A stretch of DNA of 64,000 nt. It comes from Escherichia phage ECP2301. Shown in pieces: positions 47,169-64,000 of this stretch. Position numbers and translations under genes: made by a program. The stretch lies in sequence record OR880646.1, one strand, 5' to 3'. Position 1 is the stretch's first letter. The number at the start of each line of letters is the position of its first letter. The notes under the pieces are model-generated. The model had not been told where the DNA came from, did no database searches, and was given only the letters and a program-made list of their open reading frames with translations.

Positions 47169-50100
47169 CAGTAAAAGCACCTTCAGTCACTAGTCTCAGA
47201 ATTTCCAAGTTATCCGCAAATCAGGTGCAAGTACGCTGGGATGACGTTGGTGCTAATTTCTACTATTTTGTAGAAATCGCTGAGACAAAAACAAACTCGG
47301 GGGAAAATCTCCCGAGTAATCAATACAGATGGATTAACTTAGGATATACTGCAAATAACAGCTTCTTTTTTGATGATGCTGACCCATTGACATCATACGT
47401 TATTAGAGTAGCTACAGCTGCACAAGATTTTGAGCAGTCTGATTGGATTTATACCGAAGAGTTTGAAACTTTTGCTACAAATGCTTATACATTTCAAAAC
47501 ATGATTGAAATGCAATTAGCCAATAAATTCATTCAGGAAAAATTTACTCTTAATAATTCTGATTATGTTAATTTTAATAATGACACTATAATGGCTGCAT
47601 TGATGAATGAATCATTTCAGTTCAGCCCATCATATGTTGATGTTTCATCAATAAGCAATTTTATTATTGGTGAAAATGAGTATCATGAAATACAAGGTTC
47701 TATTCAGCAAGTATGTAAGGATATTAACCGAGTTTATTTGATGGAATCAGAAGGGATTCTATACCTTTTTGAGCGCTATCAACCTGTAGTTAAAGTATCC
47801 AATGATAAAGGACAAACTTGGAAAGCTGTAAAGCTCTTCAATGACCGTGTAGGATATCCTTTATCTAAGACAGTATATTACCAATCTGCGAACACAACAT
47901 ACGTTCTAGGATACGACAAGATTTTCTATGGCCGCAAATCGACTGATGTTAGATGGTCAGCTGATGATGTCAGATTTAGTTCTCAGGATATAACATTTGC
48001 TAAACTTGGCGACCAATTACATTTAGGATTTGATGTAGAAATTTTTGCCACTTACGCGACTTTACCAGCGAATGTATATCGCATTGCAGAAGCTATTACT
48101 TGTACCGATGATTACATTTACGTTGTCGCCAGAGACAAAGTTAGATACATAAAAACGAGCAATGCACCTATAGATTCTGATCCATTATCTCCAACATATT
48201 CGGAAAGGCTTTTTGAACCTGATACAATGACTATAACTGGAAATCCTAAAGCAGTATGCTATAAAATGGATTCTATCGGTGATAAAGTTTTTGCTCTTAT
48301 TATTGGTGAAGTTGAAACATTAAATGCTAATCCCAGAACATCAAAAATAATTGATTCTGCTGATAAAGGAATATATGTTTTAAATCATGACACAAAAACA
48401 TGGAAAAGAGTTTTTGGCAACACTGAAGAAGAAAGAAGACGTATTCAACCAGGGTACGCGAATATGTCAACTGATGGTAAATTAGTTTCTCTATCATCGA
48501 GTAATTTTAAATTTTTAAGTGATAATGTTGTTAATGACCCTGAAACTGCAGCAAAATATCAGTTAATCGGTGCTGTTAAATATGAATTTCCTCGTGAATG
48601 GTTAGCTGATAAGCATTATCATATGATGGCATTTATAGCAGATGAAAAGTCTGATTGGGAAACTTTTACTCCTCAGCCGATGAAATACTACGCAGAACCG
48701 TTCTTTAACTGGTCTAAAAAATCTAACACACGTTGTTGGATAAACAACTCTGATAGGGTTGTAGTAGTTTATGCTGATTTAAAATACACTAAAGTTATAG
48801 AAAATATTCCTGAAACATCACCAGATAGATTAGTTCATGAATACTGGGATGATGGCGATTGTACTATAGTAATGCCAAATGTTAAATTCACTGGATTTAA
48901 AAAATATGCATCTGGGATGCTTTTCTATAAAGCCTCTGGTGAAATAATTTCTTACTATGATTTTAACTATCGTGTTAGAGACACCGTCGAAATTATTTGG
49001 AAGCCAACTGAAGTATTTTTAAAAGCATTTTTACAAAACCAAGAGCATGAAACTCCTTGGTCGCCCGAAGAAGAGCGTGGATTAGCTGACCCTGATTTAA
49101 GACCATTGATTGGCACAATGATGCCTGATTCTTATTTGTTGCAGGATTCGAATTTTGAGGCATTTTGCGAAGCATATATTCAGTATCTTTCTGATGGATA
49201 TGGAACTCAGTATAACAATTTACGAAATTTAATTCGTAACAAATATCCACGAGAAGAGCATGCATGGGAATATTTGTGGTCAGAGATATATAAAAGAAAC
49301 ATTTATTTAAATGCTGACAAACGTGATGCTGTTGCAAGATTTTTCGAATCACGTAGCTATGATTTTTATTCTACTAAAGGAATTGAAGCATCATACAAAT
49401 TTCTTTTTAAAGTTCTTTATAATGAAGAAGTTGAAATTGAAATTGAATCTGGGGCTGGTACTGAATATGATATAATCGTCCAATCTGATTCTTTGACTGA
49501 AGACTTAGTAGGACAAACGATTTATACAGCTACAGGAAGATGTAATGTTACTTATATAGAAAGAAGCTATTCTAATGGTAAATTGCAATGGACCGTAACT
49601 ATTCATAATCTTTTGGGAAGATTGATTGCCGGTCAAGAAGTTAAAGCAGAAAGACTTCCTAGTTTTGAAGGCGAAATTATTCGTGGGGTCAAAGGAAAGG
49701 ATTTGCTTCAAAATAATATAGACTATATTAATAGAAGTCGATCATATTATGTAATGAAAATTAAATCCAATTTACCTTCTTCCCGCTGGAAATCTGACGT
49801 TATTCGTTTTGTTCATCCAGTAGGATTTGGATTTATAGCAATTACCCTTTTAACTATGTTTATTAATGTTGGTTTAACTCTTAAACATACAGAGACCATA
49901 ATTAATAAATACAAAAACTATAAATGGGATTCTGGATTGCCTACTGAATATGCTGATAGAGTAGCTAAATTAACTCCGACTGGTGAAATTGAGCATGATT
50001 CGGTAACAGGCGAAGCAATTTATGAGCCTGGCCCAATGGCTGGTGTAGAATATCCTCTTCCTGATGACTATAATGCTGAAAATAACAATTCAATATTTCA

Positions 50101-50263
50101 AGGTCAATTGCCGTCTGAACGACGTAAATTAATGAGTCCTCTATTTGACGCATCTGGAACAACATTTGCACAATTTAGGGATTTAGTTAATAAACGTCTA
50201 AAAGATAATATAGGAAATCCAAGAGACCCTGAAAATCCAACACAGGTTAAAATAGATGAATGA
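47165..50263 (+). CDS. 7: baseplate wedge initiator gp7
   Basis: 1032 aa as T4 gp7. Confidence 0.92.
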   Translation: MTVKAPSVTSLRISKLSANQVQVRWDDVGANFYYFVEIAETKTNSGENLPSNQYRWINLGYTANNSFFFDDADPLTSYVIRVATAAQDFEQSDWIYTEEFETFATNAYTFQNMIEMQLANKFIQEKFTLNNSDYVNFNNDTIMAALMNESFQFSPSYVDVSSISNFIIGENEYHEIQGSIQQVCKDINRVYLMESEGILYLFERYQPVVKVSNDKGQTWKAVKLFNDRVGYPLSKTVYYQSANTTYVLGYDKIFYGRKSTDVRWSADDVRFSSQDITFAKLGDQLHLGFDVEIFATYATLPANVYRIAEAITCTDDYIYVVARDKVRYIKTSNAPIDSDPLSPTYSERLFEPDTMTITGNPKAVCYKMDSIGDKVFALIIGEVETLNANPRTSKIIDSADKGIYVLNHDTKTWKRVFGNTEEERRRIQPGYANMSTDGKLVSLSSSNFKFLSDNVVNDPETAAKYQLIGAVKYEFPREWLADKHYHMMAFIADEKSDWETFTPQPMKYYAEPFFNWSKKSNTRCWINNSDRVVVVYADLKYTKVIENIPETSPDRLVHEYWDDGDCTIVMPNVKFTGFKKYASGMLFYKASGEIISYYDFNYRVRDTVEIIWKPTEVFLKAFLQNQEHETPWSPEEERGLADPDLRPLIGTMMPDSYLLQDSNFEAFCEAYIQYLSDGYGTQYNNLRNLIRNKYPREEHAWEYLWSEIYKRNIYLNADKRDAVARFFESRSYDFYSTKGIEASYKFLFKVLYNEEVEIEIESGAGTEYDIIVQSDSLTEDLVGQTIYTATGRCNVTYIERSYSNGKLQWTVTIHNLLGRLIAGQEVKAERLPSFEGEIIRGVKGKDLLQNNIDYINRSRSYYVMKIKSNLPSSRWKSDVIRFVHPVGFGFIAITLLTMFINVGLTLKHTETIINKYKNYKWDSGLPTEYADRVAKLTPTGEIEHDSVTGEAIYEPGPMAGVEYPLPDDYNAENNNSIFQGQLPSERRKLMSPLFDASGTTFAQFRDLVNKRLKDNIGNPRDPENPTQVKIDE

Positions 50264-51260
50264 TTCAAGTGTTATCTATCGTGCGATAGTTACTTCAAAA
50301 TTTAGAACAGAAAAAATGTTGAATTTTTATAATTCAATTGGAAGTGGTCCGGATAAAAACACTATCTTTATCACATTTGGAAGATCAGAACCGTGGTCAT
50401 CAAATGAAAATGAGGTGGGCTTTGCTCCACCTTATCCTACCGATTCCGTATTAGGTGTAACTGACATGTGGACTCATATGATGGGAACCGTAAAGGTTCT
50501 TCCATCTATGCTTGATGCAGTTATTCCTCGTAGAGATTGGGGAGATACTAGATATCCGGATCCATACACATTTAGAATTAACGATATTGTAGTGTGTAAC
50601 TCAGCTCCTTACAATGCTACTGAATCAGGCGCAGGCTGGTTAGTATATCGTTGTTTAGATGTTCCTGATACCGGAATGTGTTCAATAGCATCTTTAACTG
50701 ATAAAGATGAATGCCTTAAGTTAGGTGGAAAATGGACCCCTTCTGTTAGGTCAATGACTCCTCCTGAAGGTCGAGGAGATGCGGAAGGAACAATTGAGCC
50801 TGGAGACGGATATGTTTGGGAATATCTTTTTGAGATTCCGCCTGATGTATCTATAAATAGATGCACGAATGAATATATCGTGGTTCCTTGGCCTGAGGAA
50901 TTAAAAGAAGACCCGGCTAGATGGGGGTATGAAGATAATCTTACTTGGCAACAAGATGATTTTGGATTAATTTACCGTGTTAAGGCAAATACTATCCGTT
51001 TTAAAGCATATTTAGATTCAGTTTATTTTCCTGAGGCTGCATTGCCGGGAAATAAAGGATTTAGACAAATATCAATAATCACGAATCCTCTTGAAGCTAA
51101 AGCTCATCCAAATGACCCAAACGTTAAAGCTGAAAAGGATTATTATGATCCGGAAGATTTAATGAGGCATTCGGGCGAAATGATTTATATGGAAAATAGG
51201 CCACCTATTATCATGGCAATGGATCAAACAGAAGAAATCAATATTCTGTTTACATTTTAA
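50256..51260 (+). CDS. 8: baseplate wedge protein gp8
   Basis: 334 aa as T4 gp8. Confidence 0.92.
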   Translation: MNDSSVIYRAIVTSKFRTEKMLNFYNSIGSGPDKNTIFITFGRSEPWSSNENEVGFAPPYPTDSVLGVTDMWTHMMGTVKVLPSMLDAVIPRRDWGDTRYPDPYTFRINDIVVCNSAPYNATESGAGWLVYRCLDVPDTGMCSIASLTDKDECLKLGGKWTPSVRSMTPPEGRGDAEGTIEPGDGYVWEYLFEIPPDVSINRCTNEYIVVPWPEELKEDPARWGYEDNLTWQQDDFGLIYRVKANTIRFKAYLDSVYFPEAALPGNKGFRQISIITNPLEAKAHPNDPNVKAEKDYYDPEDLMRHSGEMIYMENRPPIIMAMDQTEEINILFTF

Positions 51261-51265
51261 CTTAA

Positions 51266-51290
51266 GGGAGCCCATGGGCTCCCTTTTTCT
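51266..51290 (+). terminator. intrinsic terminator after gene 8
   Basis: gggagcccatgggctccc hairpin followed by TTTTT. Confidence 0.65.
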
Positions 51291-51291
51291 T

Positions 51292-51299
51292 TATAAATA
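51292..51299 (+). promoter_or_regulatory. late promoter TATAAATA for gene 9
   Basis: Exact TATAAATA 25 nt upstream of gene 9 start. Confidence 0.7.
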
Positions 51300-51323
51300 C
51301 TATAAACTCATAAGGAAACCGCT

Positions 51324-52190
51324 ATGTTCATTCAAGAACCAAAGAAATTGATTGATACCGGCGAAATTGGTAACGCTTCTACTGGTGATATCTTATTCGA
51401 CGGTGGTAATAAAATTAATAGTGATTTTAACGCAATTTATAATGCGTTTGGCGATCAACGTAAAATGGCAGTAGCAAATGGAACTGGAGCAGATGGCCAA
51501 ATTATCCATGCTACTGGATATTATCAAAAACACTCTATTGCAGAGTACGCAACTCCAGTAAAAGTTGGCACTAGGCATGATATTGATACCTCTACTGTAG
51601 GTGTTAAAGTTATCATTGAAAGAGGCGAACTTGGCGACTGTGTTGAATTTATTAACTCAAATGGATCTATATCAGTTACTAATCCTTTAACGATTCAAGC
51701 GATTGATTCAATTAAAGGTGTTTCTGGTAATTTAGTAGTGACTAGCCCATACAGTAAAGTAACTTTACGCTGTATTTCATCTGATAATTCTACATCGGTT
51801 TGGAATTATTCTATTGAAAGCATGTTTGGACAAAAGGAATCACCAGCTGAAGGTACATGGAATATTTCTACATCCGGATCAGTTGATATTCCACTATTTC
51901 ATCGCACTGAATACAATATGGCTAAATTGCTAGTTACATGCCAATCAGTAGATGGAAGAAAAATTAAAACAGCAGAAATAAATATTCTTGTGGATACTGT
52001 TAATTCAGAGGTCATTTCTTCTGAATATGCTGTCATGCGAGTTGGGAATGAAACCGAAGAAGACGAAATCGCTAATATTGCATTTAGTATTAAAGAAAAT
52101 TATGTAACGGCGACTATAAGTTCTCCAACTGTCGGTATGAGAGCAGCAGTTAAAGTTATCGCTACGCAGAAAATCGGGGTGGCTCAATAA
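51324..52190 (+). CDS. 9: baseplate wedge / long tail fibre socket protein gp9
   Basis: 288 aa as T4 gp9. Confidence 0.92.
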   Translation: MFIQEPKKLIDTGEIGNASTGDILFDGGNKINSDFNAIYNAFGDQRKMAVANGTGADGQIIHATGYYQKHSIAEYATPVKVGTRHDIDTSTVGVKVIIERGELGDCVEFINSNGSISVTNPLTIQAIDSIKGVSGNLVVTSPYSKVTLRCISSDNSTSVWNYSIESMFGQKESPAEGTWNISTSGSVDIPLFHRTEYNMAKLLVTCQSVDGRKIKTAEINILVDTVNSEVISSEYAVMRVGNETEEDEIANIAFSIKENYVTATISSPTVGMRAAVKVIATQKIGVAQ

Positions 52191-53998
52191 TGAAACAAAA
52201 TATTAATATCGGTAATGTTGTTGATGATGGTACCGGTGACTACCTGCGTAAAGGTGGTATAAAAATAAATGAAAACTTTGATGAGCTTTATTATGAGCTT
52301 GGTGATGGAGATGTTCCATATTCAGCCGGTGCCTGGAAAACTTATGATGCTTCATCTGGCCAAACACTAAAAGCTGAGTGGGGGAAATCATACGCTATTA
52401 ATACCTCTTCTGGAAGAGTAACTATAAATCTTCCAAAAGGAACTGTCAATGATTACAACAAGGTAATTAGAGCTAGAGACGTATTTGCTACATGGAACGT
52501 CAACCCAGTTACATTAGTAGCTGCTTCCGGCGATACGATTAAAGGGTCTGCAGTACCAGTTGAAATTAATGTTCAATTCAGCGATTTGGAATTAGTGTAT
52601 TGCGCTCCAGGACGTTGGGAATATGTCAAAAATAAGCAAATTGACAAAATTACCAGTTCAGACATCAGTAATGTAGCTCGTAAAGAATTTTTAGTCGAAG
52701 TCCAAGGGCAAACAGACTTTTTAGATGTTTTCCGTGGAACTAGTTATAATGTAAATAACATCAGAGTAAAACATCGTGGTAACGAATTGTATTATGGCGA
52801 TGTATTTAGTGAAAACAGCGATTTTGGCTCTCCGGGCGAAAACGAAGGTGAATTAGTTCCTCTTGATGGATTTAATATTCGATTAAGACAGCCTTGTAAT
52901 ATTGGTGATACTGTTCAAATTGAAACATTTATGGATGGCGTATCACAGTGGAGAAGTTCATATACAAGACGTCAAATTAGATTGTTAGATTCAAAATTAA
53001 CGTCAAAGACTTCTTTAGAAGGAAGCATTTACGTTACTGATTTATCAACAATGAAATCAATTCCGTTTTCAGCTTTTGGATTAATTCCAGGTGAACCTAT
53101 TAATCCTAACTCTCTCGAGGTCCGTTTTAATGGAATTTTACAAGAATTGGCTGGAACAGTTGGAATGCCATTATTTCATTGTGTTGGTGCCGATTCAGAC
53201 GATGAAGTAGAATGCTCTGTTTTAGGTGGAACCTGGGAACAGTCTCACACAGACTATTCAGTTGAAACTGATGAAAACGGCATACCAGAAATTTTACATT
53301 TCGATAGAGTATTTGAGCATGGCGACATTATCAATATCACCTGGTTTAATAATGATTTAGGTACATTATTAACAAAAGATGAGATTATTGATGAAACTGA
53401 TAATCTCTATGTATCGCAAGGACCAGGAGTAGATATTTCCGGTGATGTAAATTTAACAGACTTCGATAAAATTGGTTGGCCAAATGTAGAAGCAGTTCAA
53501 TCTTATCAACGTGAATTTAATGCTGTTTCAAATATCTTTGATACGATTTATCCTATTGGAACTATATATGAAAACGCTGTTAATCCAAATAACCCTGTTA
53601 CATATATGGGATTCGGCTCATGGAAATTATTTGGGCAAGGAAAAGTTTTAGTTGGATGGAATGAAGATATTTCGGACCCTAACTTTGCTCTAAATAACAA
53701 CGATTTAGATTCGGGTGGAAATCCTTCACATACTGCAGGCGGAACTGGTGGTTCTATTTCTGTTACATTGGAAAATGCTAATCTTCCTGCAACTGAGACA
53801 GATGAAGAAGTTCTAATAGTTGATGAAAATGGATCAGTCATTGTTGGTGGATGTCAATACGATCCAGATGAATCTGGTCCAGTTTACACGAAATACCGTG
53901 AAGCTAAAGCATCTACTAACTCTACTCACACTCCGCCAACATCAATAACTAACATTCAACCATATATTACAGTTTATCGTTGGATAAGGATTGCATAA
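52190..53998 (+). CDS. 10: baseplate wedge protein gp10
   Basis: 602 aa as T4 gp10. Confidence 0.92.
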   Translation: MKQNINIGNVVDDGTGDYLRKGGIKINENFDELYYELGDGDVPYSAGAWKTYDASSGQTLKAEWGKSYAINTSSGRVTINLPKGTVNDYNKVIRARDVFATWNVNPVTLVAASGDTIKGSAVPVEINVQFSDLELVYCAPGRWEYVKNKQIDKITSSDISNVARKEFLVEVQGQTDFLDVFRGTSYNVNNIRVKHRGNELYYGDVFSENSDFGSPGENEGELVPLDGFNIRLRQPCNIGDTVQIETFMDGVSQWRSSYTRRQIRLLDSKLTSKTSLEGSIYVTDLSTMKSIPFSAFGLIPGEPINPNSLEVRFNGILQELAGTVGMPLFHCVGADSDDEVECSVLGGTWEQSHTDYSVETDENGIPEILHFDRVFEHGDIINITWFNNDLGTLLTKDEIIDETDNLYVSQGPGVDISGDVNLTDFDKIGWPNVEAVQSYQREFNAVSNIFDTIYPIGTIYENAVNPNNPVTYMGFGSWKLFGQGKVLVGWNEDISDPNFALNNNDLDSGGNPSHTAGGTGGSISVTLENANLPATETDEEVLIVDENGSVIVGGCQYDPDESGPVYTKYREAKASTNSTHTPPTSITNIQPYITVYRWIRIA

Positions 53999-54657
53999 TG
54001 AGTTTACTTAATAATAAAGCGGGAGTTATTTCCCGCTTAGCCGATTTTCTTGGTTTTAGACCTAAAACTGGCGACATCGATGTAATGAATCGTCAATCGG
54101 TTGGGTCAGTGACAATTTCTCAATTAGCGAAAGGATTTTATGAACCAAACGTAGAATCAGCTATTAATGATGTTCATAATTTTTCTATAAAAGACGTTGG
54201 TACAATTATTACTAATAAAACCGGCGTTTCTCCTGAAGGTGTTTCTCAAACTGATTATTGGGCATTTTCAGGAACTGTGACAGATGATTCGCTTCCTCCT
54301 GGTTCTCCTGTTACTGTATTAGTATTTGGTCTTCCGGTTTCAGCAACAACCGGAATGACAGCTATCGAGTTTGTTGCCAAAGTTCGCGTTGCACTACAAG
54401 AAGCTATTGCGTCATTTACTGCTATCAATTCATATAAAGACCATCCAACTGACGGTAGTAAATTAGAAGTTACTTATTTAGATAATCAGAAACATGTATT
54501 AAGCACATATTCCACATATGGAATAACTATTTCCCAAGAAATTATTTCAGAATCTAAGCCCGGATATGGCACATGGAATTTGCTTGGTGCACAAACTGTA
54601 ACTTTAGATAATCAGCAAACTCCAATAGTACTTTATCATTTTGAGAGAACAGCATGA
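53998..54657 (+). CDS. 11: baseplate wedge / short-fibre attachment protein gp11
   Basis: Start at ATG overlapping gp10 stop (TAATG) gives 219 aa as T4 gp11. Confidence 0.88.
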   Translation: MSLLNNKAGVISRLADFLGFRPKTGDIDVMNRQSVGSVTISQLAKGFYEPNVESAINDVHNFSIKDVGTIITNKTGVSPEGVSQTDYWAFSGTVTDDSLPPGSPVTVLVFGLPVSATTGMTAIEFVAKVRVALQEAIASFTAINSYKDHPTDGSKLEVTYLDNQKHVLSTYSTYGITISQEIISESKPGYGTWNLLGAQTVTLDNQQTPIVLYHFERTA

Positions 54658-56237
54658 GTAATAATACATATCAACACGTTTCTAATGAATCTCGCTATGT
54701 GAAATTTGATCCAACCGGTACAAATTTTCCGGCAGAGATTACTGATGTTCAGGCTGCTATAGCAGCCATTTCTCCTGCTGGTGTAAATGGAGTTCCTGAC
54801 GCATCATCAACAACAAAGGGAATTTTATTTCTTGCCACTGAACAGGAAGTTATCGACGGAACTGATAATACCAAAGCAGTTACACCAGCAACGTTGGCAA
54901 CAAGATTATCTTATCCAAACGCAACTGAAACTGTTTATGGATTAACAAGATATTCAACCAATGATGAAGCAATTGCCGGAGTTAATAATGAATCTTCTAT
55001 AACTCCCGCTAAATTTACTGTTGCCCTTAATAATGCCTTTGAAACTCGTGTTTCAACTGAATCATCAAATGGAGTTATTAAAATTTCATCTCTACCGCAA
55101 GCATTAGCTGGCGCAGATGATACTACTGCAATGACTCCGTTAAAAACGCAGCAGTTAGCTATTAAATTAATTGCGCAAATCGCTCCTTCTGAAACCACAG
55201 CTACCGAATCTGACCAAGGTGTTGTTCAATTAGCGACAGTAGCTCAAGTTCGTCAAGGAACATTAAGAGAAGGCTATGCAATTTCTCCTTATACGCTAAT
55301 GAATTCTACTGCTACTGAAGAATATAAAGGCGTAATTAAATTAGGAACACAATCAGAAGTTAACTCGAATAATGCTTCTGTTGCGGTTACTGGCGCAACT
55401 CTTAATGGTCGTGGTTCTACAACGTCAATGAGAGGCGTAGTTAAATTAACTACAACCGCCGGCTCACAGAGTGGAGGTGATGCTTCATCAGCACTAGCTT
55501 GGAATGCTGACGTTATCCACCAAAGAGGTGGTCAAACGATTAATGGAACACTTCGCATTAATAATACGCTCACAATAGCTTCAGGCGGAGCAAATATTAC
55601 CGGAACAGTTAACATGACCGGTGGTTATATTCAAGGTAAGCGTGTTGTAACGCAGAATGAAATAGATAGAACTATTCCTGTCGGAGCTATTATGATGTGG
55701 GCGGCTGATAGCCTTCCTAGTGATGCTTGGCGCTTCTGTCATGGCGGAACTGTTTCAGCATCAGATTGTCCATTATATGCTTCTAGAATTGGAACAAGAT
55801 ACGGCGGAAGTTCATCAAATCCTGGATTACCTGATATGCGTGGCCTTTTTGTTCGCGGCTCTGGTCGTGGCTCTCACTTAACAAATCCAAACGTTAATGG
55901 TAATGACCAATTTGGCAAGCCTAGATTAGGCGTAGGTTGTACCGGTGGATATGTTGGCGAAGTACAAAAACAGCAGATGTCTTATCATAAACACGCTGGC
56001 GGATTCGGTGAGCATGATGATTCTGGAGCATTCGGTAATACCCGCAGATCAAATTTTGTTGGTACACGTAAAGGACTTGACTGGGATAACCGTTCATACT
56101 TCACCAATGACGGTTATGAAATTGACCCAGCATCACAACGAAATTCCAAATATACATTAAATCGTCCTGAATTAATTGGAAATGAAACACGTCCATGGAA
56201 CATTTCTTTAAACTACATAATTAAGGTAAAAGAATGA
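54654..56237 (+). CDS. 12: short tail fibre protein gp12
   Basis: 527 aa as T4 gp12; repetitive Thr/Gly-rich fibre sequence. Confidence 0.92.
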   Translation: MSNNTYQHVSNESRYVKFDPTGTNFPAEITDVQAAIAAISPAGVNGVPDASSTTKGILFLATEQEVIDGTDNTKAVTPATLATRLSYPNATETVYGLTRYSTNDEAIAGVNNESSITPAKFTVALNNAFETRVSTESSNGVIKISSLPQALAGADDTTAMTPLKTQQLAIKLIAQIAPSETTATESDQGVVQLATVAQVRQGTLREGYAISPYTLMNSTATEEYKGVIKLGTQSEVNSNNASVAVTGATLNGRGSTTSMRGVVKLTTTAGSQSGGDASSALAWNADVIHQRGGQTINGTLRINNTLTIASGGANITGTVNMTGGYIQGKRVVTQNEIDRTIPVGAIMMWAADSLPSDAWRFCHGGTVSASDCPLYASRIGTRYGGSSSNPGLPDMRGLFVRGSGRGSHLTNPNVNGNDQFGKPRLGVGCTGGYVGEVQKQQMSYHKHAGGFGEHDDSGAFGNTRRSNFVGTRKGLDWDNRSYFTNDGYEIDPASQRNSKYTLNRPELIGNETRPWNISLNYIIKVKE

Positions 56238-57697
56238 CAGATATTGTACTGAATGACTTACCATTCGTTGACGGCCCTCCTGCAGAGGGCCAGAGCCGCA
56301 TTTCCTGGATTAAAAACGGCGAAGAAATATTAGGAGCTGACACACAGTATGGAAGCGAAGGTTCAATGAATAGACCTACAGTTTCTGTACTAAGAAATGT
56401 TGAAGTTCTTGATAAAAACATTGGAATACTTAAAACATCTTTAGAATCCGCGAATAGTGATATTAAAACAATTCAGGGCATCTTAGATGTATCTGGTGAT
56501 ATTGAAGCTTTGGCCCAAATAAGTATCAATAAAAATGATATTTCTGACCTTAAAACGCTAACCAGTGAACATACAGAAATATTAAATGGAACTAATAGTA
56601 CAGTTGACAGCATTCTTGCTGATATTGGTCCATTTAACTCCGAGGCAAACTCTGTATACAGAACGATCAGAAATGATTTACTATGGATAAAGCGTGAACT
56701 TGGACAATACACAGGTCAAGATATTAATGGTCTTCCTGTTGTAGGAAATCCTAGCACAGGAATGAAGCATCGCATTATTAATAATACTGATGTCATCACT
56801 TCACAGGGAATACGTTTAAGCGAATTAGAAACAAAATTCATTGAATCTGATGTAGGTTCTTTAACTATTGAAGTTGGTAATCTTCGCGAAGAGCTTGGAC
56901 CGAAACCACCGTCATTTTCACAAAACATCTACAGTCGTTTAAATGAAATTGACACTAAACAGACAACAGTTGAATCTGACATTAGTGCTATTAAGACCTC
57001 AATAGGATATCCAGGAAATAATTCGATTATTACGAGTGTTAATACAAACACTGATAATATTGCATCTATTAATTTAGAGCTAAATCAAAGTGGAGGTATT
57101 AAACAGCGTTTAACCGTTATTGAAACTTCTATTGGTTCAGATGATATTCCTTCGAGTATTAAAGGCCAAATCAAAGATAATACAACTTCAATCGAATCTC
57201 TAAATGGAATCGTCGGTGAAAACACTTCATCTGGTTTAAGAGCGAATGTTTCATGGTTAAACCAAATTGTTGGAACTGATTCTAGCGGTGGACAACCTTC
57301 TCCTCCTGGGTCTCTTTTAAACCGAGTTTCTACAATTGAAACTTCTGTTTCAGGCTTGAATAACGATGTTCAAAACCTACAAGTAGAGATTGGTAATAAC
57401 AGCACAGGAATTAAAGGGCAAGTTGTAGCGTTAAATACTTTAGTAAATGGAACTAATCCAAACGGTTCAACTGTTGAAGAACGCGGATTAACCAATTCAA
57501 TAAAAGCTAACGAAACCAACATCGCATCAGTTACACAAGAAGTGAATACAGCCAAAGGTAGTATATCTTCTCTGCAAGGTGATGTTCAAGCTCTACAAGA
57601 AGCAGGTTATATTCCTGAAGCTCCAAAAGATGGTCAAGCTTACGTTCGTAAAGACGGCGAATGGGTATTACTTTCTACCTTTTTATCACCAGCATAA
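56234..57697 (+). CDS. wac: fibritin (whiskers)
   Basis: 487 aa; heptad coiled coil and C-terminal foldon [27 protein letters not shown]. Confidence 0.95.
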   Translation: MTDIVLNDLPFVDGPPAEGQSRISWIKNGEEILGADTQYGSEGSMNRPTVSVLRNVEVLDKNIGILKTSLESANSDIKTIQGILDVSGDIEALAQISINKNDISDLKTLTSEHTEILNGTNSTVDSILADIGPFNSEANSVYRTIRNDLLWIKRELGQYTGQDINGLPVVGNPSTGMKHRIINNTDVITSQGIRLSELETKFIESDVGSLTIEVGNLREELGPKPPSFSQNIYSRLNEIDTKQTTVESDISAIKTSIGYPGNNSIITSVNTNTDNIASINLELNQSGGIKQRLTVIETSIGSDDIPSSIKGQIKDNTTSIESLNGIVGENTSSGLRANVSWLNQIVGTDSSGGQPSPPGSLLNRVSTIETSVSGLNNDVQNLQVEIGNNSTGIKGQVVALNTLVNGTNPNGSTVEERGLTNSIKANETNIASVTQEVNTAKGSISSLQGDVQALQEAGYIPEAPKDGQAYVRKDGEWVLLSTFLSPA

Positions 57698-57700
57698 CAT

Positions 57701-57720
57701 GGGGCCGCAAGGCCCCAAAG
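57701..57720 (+). terminator. RNA hairpin after wac (GGGGCC-GCAA-GGCCCC), possible terminator
   Basis: GC stem with GNRA-type loop; no immediate U-run. Confidence 0.4.
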
Positions 57721-57729
57721 GATTTTTAA

Positions 57730-59428
<1,699 letters not shown>

Positions 59429-59431
<3 letters not shown>

Positions 59432-59437
59432 TAAATA
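59429..59437 (+). promoter_or_regulatory. possible late promoter (TAATAAATA, 7/8 match)
   Basis: Imperfect TATAAATA about 35 nt upstream of gene 15. Confidence 0.3.
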
Positions 59438-59472
59438 TTATAAACTAATTAAAGCCCAGATTAGGAGAAATC

Positions 59473-62613
<3,141 letters not shown>

Positions 62614-62641
62614 TATTAAAGCATATTAAAGAGGATTAAAA

Positions 62642-64000
62642 ATGACTTTATTATCTCCGGGCATTGAGCTCAAAGAAACTACGGTTCAAAGCACCGTGGT
62701 TAATAACTCTACTGGTACAGCAGCTTTGGCCGGTAAATTCCAGTGGGGTCCTGCTTTTCAAATTAAACAGGTTACGAATGAAGTAGATTTAGTTAATACT
62801 TTTGGTCAACCTACAGCTGAAACTGCTGACTATTTTATGTCTGCAATGAATTTCTTACAATACGGAAATGATTTGCGAGTTGTGCGTGCTGTCGATAGAG
62901 ATACCGCTAAAAACTCATCTCCGATTGCCGGTAATATTGAATACACTATTTCTACCCCAGGTAGTAACTACGCGGTTGGAGATAAAATCACGGTTAAGTA
63001 TGTTTCAGAAGATGTTGAAACAGAATGTAAAGTTACCGAAGTAGATGCTGATGGAAAAATTAAGAAAATTAATATTCCTACCGCAAAAATTATCGCTAAA
63101 GCGAAAGAAGTAGGCGAATATCCAGAATTAGGTTCTAACTGGACCGCGGAAATTTCTTCGTCTTCCTCTGGTTTAGCTGCAGTAATAACTCTTGGAAAAA
63201 TTATTACCGATTCTGGTATTTTATTAGCTGAAATTGAAAATGCCGAAGCTGCCATGACAGCTGTTGACTTTCAAGCAAATCTCGAAAAATATGGAATTCC
63301 AGGAGTAGTAGCTCTTTATCCAGGCGAGTTGGGCGATAAAATCGAAATTGAAATCGTATCTAAAGCTGACTACGCAAAAGGTGCTTCTGCATTACTCCCA
63401 ATTTATCCAGGTGGCGGAACACGCGCATCTACTGCCAAAGCAGTGTTTGGATATGGACCACAAACTGATTCACAATACGCTATTATAGTTCGTCGCAACG
63501 ATGCTATTGTTCAAAGCGTTGTTCTTTCAACAAAGCGTGGTGAAAAAGATATTTACGATAGTAACATCTATATTGATGACTTTTTCGCAAAAGGTGGTTC
63601 AGAATATATTTTTGCAACTGCACAAAACTGGCCAGAAGGCTTCTCTGGAATTTTAACTCTGTCTGGTGGTTTATCATCAAATGCTGAAGTAACAGCAGGA
63701 GATTTGATGGAAGCTTGGGACTTCTTTGCTGACCGTGAATCTGTTGATGTTCAGTTGTTTATTGCGGGTTCTTGTGCCGGTGAATCTTTAGAAACAGCAT
63801 CTACTGTCCAAAAACACGTCGTTTCAATTGGGGATGCTCGCCAAGATTGCTTAGTACTGTGCTCACCACCGCGTGAAACTGTAGTTGGAATTCCTGTAAC
63901 TCGTGCTGTTGATAACTTAGTCAATTGGAGAACCGCAGCAGGTTCATACACTGATAATAACTTTAATATCAGTTCAACCTACGCAGCAATTGATGGTAAC
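62642..64000 (+). CDS. 18: tail sheath protein gp18 (N-terminal 453 codons; continues beyond window)
   Basis: Open frame from ATG 62642 (SD GAGG) to window end: MTLLSPGIELKETTVQSTVVNNSTGTAALAGKFQWGP... Confidence 0.9.
   Translation, partial: MTLLSPGIELKETTVQSTVVNNSTGTAALAGKFQWGPAFQIKQVTNEVDLVNTFGQPTAETADYFMSAMNFLQYGNDLRVVRAVDRDTAKNSSPIAGNIEYTISTPGSNYAVGDKITVKYVSEDVETECKVTEVDADGKIKKINIPTAKIIAKAKEVGEYPELGSNWTAEISSSSSGLAAVITLGKIITDSGILLAEIENAEAAMTAVDFQANLEKYGIPGVVALYPGELGDKIEIEIVSKADYAKGASALLPIYPGGGTRASTAKAVFGYGPQTDSQYAIIVRRNDAIVQSVVLSTKRGEKDIYDSNIYIDDFFAKGGSEYIFATAQNWPEGFSGILTLSGGLSSNAEVTAGDLMEAWDFFADRESVDVQLFIAGSCAGESLETASTVQKHVVSIGDARQDCLVLCSPPRETVVGIPVTRAVDNLVNWRTAAGSYTDNNFNISSTYAAIDGN

Overview
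This window is a contiguous ~64 kb segment of a T4-like (Tequatrovirus-type) myovirus genome, running from gene 46 through the start of gene 18. All calls rest on reading the sequence and recalling T4 protein sequences and sizes; no database search was possible. Bases 1-42,005 are an early/middle region transcribed almost entirely on the minus strand: 46, 47, a-gt, 55, nrdH, nrdG, nrdD, 49, nrdC, rI, tk, regB, denV, e (lysozyme), a tRNA cluster, 57B/57A, 1, 3, 2, 4, interleaved with many small accessory ORFs. Bases 42,053-64,000 are the plus-strand late baseplate/tail/packaging module (53, 5, 5.1, 5.4, 6-12, wac, 13-18). The minus-strand region carries a recurring early-promoter family (GTTTAC -35, TGn extended -10), late promoters (TATAAATA) and UUCG-tetraloop hairpin terminators. 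It differs from T4 as I remember it in several ways: nrdD is uninterrupted (no group I intron or homing endonuclease), the tRNA cluster has 11 genes (the T4 eight plus His, Asn and Tyr), and the nudE-like gene is broken by a +1 frameshift in a homopolymer. The most promising candidates for undescribed biology are in the accessory island between nrdC and rI/tk (about 12.6-21.7 kb): a tandem array of four modular proteins sharing a proline linker and C-terminal coiled coil, an AAA+ ATPase next to a Pol-beta-type nucleotidyltransferase, and a tandem paralogue pair. Other notable items are three paralogous membrane proteins beside lysozyme, several capsid-targeting-sequence internal-protein candidates, and a GrcA-like glycyl-radical protein with host-like base composition.
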